Of a DNA stretch of 18,322 nucleotides, positions 15,436 to 18,322 are shown piece by piece. The stretch covers positions 1-18,322 of the forward strand of contig JAHQXB010000037.1 in the NCBI GenBank assembly GCA_029856435.1, read 5' to 3'. The translations under genes were made by a program, and so were the position numbers. The notes beneath the pieces are model-generated. The model saw only the letters and a program-made list of their open reading frames with translations, did not search any database and was not told where the DNA came from. This stretch comes from Candidatus Jordarchaeia archaeon. Its GTDB lineage: Archaea > Asgardarchaeota > Jordiarchaeia > Jordiarchaeales > Jordiarchaeaceae. Every line of letters begins with the position of its first letter. Position 1 is the first letter of the stretch.

Positions 15436-15600
15436 CTCGAACAGCTCCTCTTACAATTTAATCAATCGGAAATAAAAGTATTTTTTCTTTGTCCCTTATC
15501 GAATGCTGTTTTCAAGAATTTTTCAAACAAAATATTCAAACCAAATATATTTCAACAATTTTACAAATATATTTTTAAACAAATTTATTAGAACGAAAAA

Positions 15601-15615
15601 TAACAGGTTTATATC
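15601..15615 (+). promoter_or_regulatory. BRE+TATA candidate for the corrinoid/methyltransferase operon (TAACAGG-TTTATATC)
   Basis: TTTATATC at 15608-15615; GAGGTG RBS at 15646-15651 before TTG 15657. Confidence 0.55.
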
Positions 15616-15656
15616 TTTGGGTGTAATGGTTTTGGAATATTAGTAGAGGTGGTTTC

Positions 15657-16304
15657 TTGAGTGAAGTTTTGAGTAAAATTGCCAAATCTATCGAAGAGTT
15701 GGATGGAAAAGAAGCCGAGAACTTGGTGAGGAAGGCTCTGGACGAAGGTGTTGACCCAGTTAAGATTTTGGAGGATGGAATCATTGCCGGGGTCAGAGCC
15801 GTTGGAGAAAAGTTTGAGAAAAAGGAGTATTTTTTAGCTGAACTCTACGAAGGCGGTGAAATAGCGGAGAAACTGGTGGAAATTGTGGGCCCTAGGATAC
15901 CCAAGGAGGCGGGTGGGGCACGCAAGAGAGTGGTTATTGGCACAGTGCACGGAGACCTACATGATATAGGTAAGAATCTTGTAGCTATGCAGCTTACCAT
16001 GGCGGGCTTTGAAGTTAGAGATCTAGGCATAGATGTTCCCGCAATGAGGTTCATTGAAGAGGCGGAGAGCTTCAAGGCAGATATTATAGCTATGTCATCT
16101 CTCTTGATGGCCACAATGATGAATATGGCAGAAGTTGTGAACCTTCTAAAAGAGCTTGGCTTAAGAGACAAATACAAAGTACTGGTAGGCGGTGGCCCCA
16201 TAAATCCCGCTTTAGCTCAAATGTTTGGAGCAGACGGATATGCTGAGAACGCTGTGGAAGCGGTAAAGGTCGCCAAAAAGTTAGTGGGGTTGGGAGGTGC
16301 TTAA
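15657..16304 (+). CDS. mtmC: Methyltransferase cognate corrinoid protein (MtmC/MtbC/MttC family)
   Basis: N-terminal cap domain (G...VGEKFE..EYFL.EL), B12-binding DxHxxG (GDLHDIGKNLV, His102), SSL..T and VGGG. Symbol assigned from its coupling to the MtmB homologue. Confidence 0.9.
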   Translation: MSEVLSKIAKSIEELDGKEAENLVRKALDEGVDPVKILEDGIIAGVRAVGEKFEKKEYFLAELYEGGEIAEKLVEIVGPRIPKEAGGARKRVVIGTVHGDLHDIGKNLVAMQLTMAGFEVRDLGIDVPAMRFIEEAESFKADIIAMSSLLMATMMNMAEVVNLLKELGLRDKYKVLVGGGPINPALAQMFGADGYAENAVEAVKVAKKLVGLGGA

Positions 16305-17679
16305 AAAAATGGTTAGAATAAAAGACATACAAGAAAGAGCTCTGACAGGACCAGTTATGAAGGAGAGAGAATATGATAAAATGCTTTCCAAAAGGGTGCG
16401 CGAATTAGTAAAAGACTACGACATAAAATTTGACATGAACCAGATTATTCCAGATGACAGTGTAGGTGACGATGTTTTCAAAGCAGGATTAGACCTCCTA
16501 ATAGACGTGGGCATCTACCATCTGGACACTAACAGGAATATCAAATTTACAGAGAGCGAAATAAAAGAGATGATTAAAAGCCGACCCAGCGAAGTGAAAT
16601 TCGGAACCGGCAAAGACCAAATAACAATCAAGAATAGAAAACCCGAAGAAAAGACGAAACCAGTAATAACCACTGGAGGAGGCATACTCAGCGAAGACAT
16701 GTTCCTCCCAATAGTAAAATCTTGTGCGCAAGAACCCACTTGCCAGGGAATCAACGGCTTCAGCTTAATCAGCGCCTGGGGCCTAGATAACAAAACCGGA
16801 ACCCCCGGAGAAATTATGTGTGCCATAGCTGAGGGATTATGGAACAGGGAAGCCGTAAAAAGTGTAGGAAAACCCGGTCTTTATATAGGCTTAGCAGGCG
16901 CAAGTGCGCTCTCGCCAGCAGGAGCCATAGCTGCCTTCCACCCTGACGGGTACACCAAAGAAAACGCACAGATACCCATACATCTTTTCAACGAACTCAA
17001 ACTGACCTGGAGCAGATTCATACTAGCCACATATGCCCGGCTAAACGGTATAGTGCCCTGGACCTCTTATGGTGCAGCCATAGGACTCCTTTTCCGAAAT
17101 TCTGAGGAGGCATCTGTAGGAGCCATCGCCGCTCTGCTAGCGGAACTAGCCTATGGGCAGGGATCCCTCTGTATGGGTGGCGGCATGGGATCAGACGGCA
17201 TGGTGATGAGAAGAGAGTCCCTAGCTTCGGGCGCTGCTTGCACGTTAGCTTTGACTAATAATCTTCACGTCCCTGTGGGAGGAGTTGGTGGCGGTGGCGG
17301 TTACGCAGGACCTTGCACCGAGATGCGTGTTTACGAAATCGCTATAATAAATCTGATGAGTGTAGCGTCAGGAGCCGGCTGGCTCTGGTACAGTGGAACA
17401 CTTAGAACATTGATTAACTACTGCACAGGCATGGAGGGTAGAATAATGGGTGAAACAGCCCGCGCCATAGCTGGAATGAAAAGAGCCGACGCCAACGAAT
17501 TAATAAATAAACTCTTACCCAAAATAGAAGACAAGGAAAACCCGGAAAAAGCACCTATGGGTAAGAGCTTCATGGAATGCTATGATATAAAAACCTTAAC
17601 TCCATCAAAAGAATACACAGACCTCTACGCAAAGGTAAAAAAGGAACTCATAGATTACGGCATAGAGTACGAGTACTAA
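16297..17679 (+). CDS. mtmB: MtmB-family (monomethylamine:corrinoid methyltransferase-like) protein without pyrrolysine
   Basis: FKAG..LL..VGIY..DT.R.IKFTE.EI, FGTGKD, G.PG, NELK, AGPCTEM, TGME.R.MGE.ARA.AG and GK.F.ECYD.KT.TP..EY. No in-frame TAG. The start is probably ATG 16309 (GGAGGTG at 16293-16299). Confidence 0.9.
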   Translation: MLKKMVRIKDIQERALTGPVMKEREYDKMLSKRVRELVKDYDIKFDMNQIIPDDSVGDDVFKAGLDLLIDVGIYHLDTNRNIKFTESEIKEMIKSRPSEVKFGTGKDQITIKNRKPEEKTKPVITTGGGILSEDMFLPIVKSCAQEPTCQGINGFSLISAWGLDNKTGTPGEIMCAIAEGLWNREAVKSVGKPGLYIGLAGASALSPAGAIAAFHPDGYTKENAQIPIHLFNELKLTWSRFILATYARLNGIVPWTSYGAAIGLLFRNSEEASVGAIAALLAELAYGQGSLCMGGGMGSDGMVMRRESLASGAACTLALTNNLHVPVGGVGGGGGYAGPCTEMRVYEIAIINLMSVASGAGWLWYSGTLRTLINYCTGMEGRIMGETARAIAGMKRADANELINKLLPKIEDKENPEKAPMGKSFMECYDIKTLTPSKEYTDLYAKVKKELIDYGIEYEY

Positions 17680-17692
17680 TCGCGACCTAACA

Positions 17693-17817
17693 ATCCAAAA
17701 CTTAATGGATTTACACACATCCACCTCTTTTTTACTGTATATTCCCCAAATTAGGTTTGTTAGAAAATATAAATCGTTACAAAAATAGACTCCTCTGAAT
17801 CCAAACTATTAATGGAT
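17693..17817. repeat. Two copies of an ATCCA-N8/9-TGGAT palindromic motif (17693-17710 and 17799-17817)
   Basis: AATCCAAAACTTAATGGAT versus AATCCAAACTATTAATGGAT, about 106 nt apart. Confidence 0.45.
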
Positions 17818-18018
17818 GTAAAAGTCTTTGGTGCAACTTGCTTAATGTTTGAGCTTGTGGAGGGTTTTTACACCTTTTTCTAAAAATCGTTTTTTTCCTC
17901 CTTTTGCTCAAAGGAACCCTTTTATGTCTTCTTTTAGAAGAAGACTTTAACTCGAAAAACCCAATCACCCTCCAGTCGAACACATTCCAAAAACCCAAAA
18001 AAAGACTTTTTGCACACC
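17813..18018. mobile_element. Degenerate long inverted repeat; possible decayed MITE/IS remnant
   Basis: AAAAGTCTTT (17820-29) with its complement at 18001-10; AATGT 14 nt further in on both arms; TGGAGGGT (17858-65) with its complement at 17967-74; an internal 8-bp hairpin at 17926-17945. Confidence 0.35.
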
Positions 18019-18322
18019 TATGCTAACAGTTCTAAAAAATAGCGGTGTTTCGGTAGAATTATTCTGAACTACACCCGGATGCCCATGGAGCATTACACAA
18101 CCCAAAAGAGACAAAACAACCACCAGACATCACGACACAAACCATCCAGAAATAGAACAAACAGAAAAAGCTACAAACACTCACAACTTGCCGGCATTCG
18201 AAAACCGACACCAAGCGAAATAAAGCAACTTCCCCACACCCACAAATAGAGAGAACATAGGGTACACCCACACGTCACCAGCACCCCAAGCGCAACAACC
18301 CCAAAAAAGGGGAACCACTCAA

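Noticed and set aside
463-16826. Numerous 60-125 aa ORFs antisense to or overlapping the main genes (e.g. 8562-8933, 7315-7644, 15845-16201, 16515-16826)
   Set aside because: They are shadow frames of well-supported genes, with biased composition and no motifs or RBS.
16891-16894. A TAG triplet (16892-16894) right at the position equivalent to the Pyl codon of mtmB
   Set aside because: It is out of frame (TTA GCA = Leu-Ala). The frame is continuous and MtmB-like on both sides, so there is no sign of a frameshifted amber codon.
17777-18271. Minus-strand ORFs 17777-17998 and 18059-18271
   Set aside because: Low-complexity translations of repeat-containing or G/T-rich DNA, with no RBS or recognisable domain.

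Overview
An 18.3 kb gene-dense metabolic region, very probably archaeal: BRE+TATA promoters such as AGAAAAG-TTTAAATA, GGAGG/GGTGA ribosome-binding sites, an F420-type luciferase-like oxidoreductase and an MtmB/corrinoid pair. Lineage cannot be fixed from the sequence; an anaerobic Asgard- or TACK-type archaeon is only a guess. Gene order: Zn-dependent MDR dehydrogenase (-), agmatinase-family ureohydrolase (+), radical SAM/SPASM-twitch protein (+), stand-alone GNAT (-), LLM/F420 oxidoreductase (-), class I/II PLP aminotransferase (-), divergent lipoate-ligase-like protein (+), a complete, translationally coupled acetone carboxylase operon acxABC (-), MBL-fold hydrolase (-), two small hypothetical proteins, and a corrinoid protein plus a pyrrolysine-free MtmB-family methyltransferase (+). 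The main points of interest: (1) an intact, bacterial-type acxABC in an archaeal context, bracketed by a ~35-bp imperfect direct repeat; (2) an MtmB homologue that has lost Pyl and apparently the acidic amine-binding residues; (3) a 109-bp fold-back element flanked by exact 9-bp direct repeats (MITE or structured RNA); (4) an Lpl-fold enzyme with a remodelled acyl pocket. No rRNA, tRNA, CRISPR array, transposase or integrase was found. All family assignments are by motif recognition and remembered reference sequences; no database search was run.
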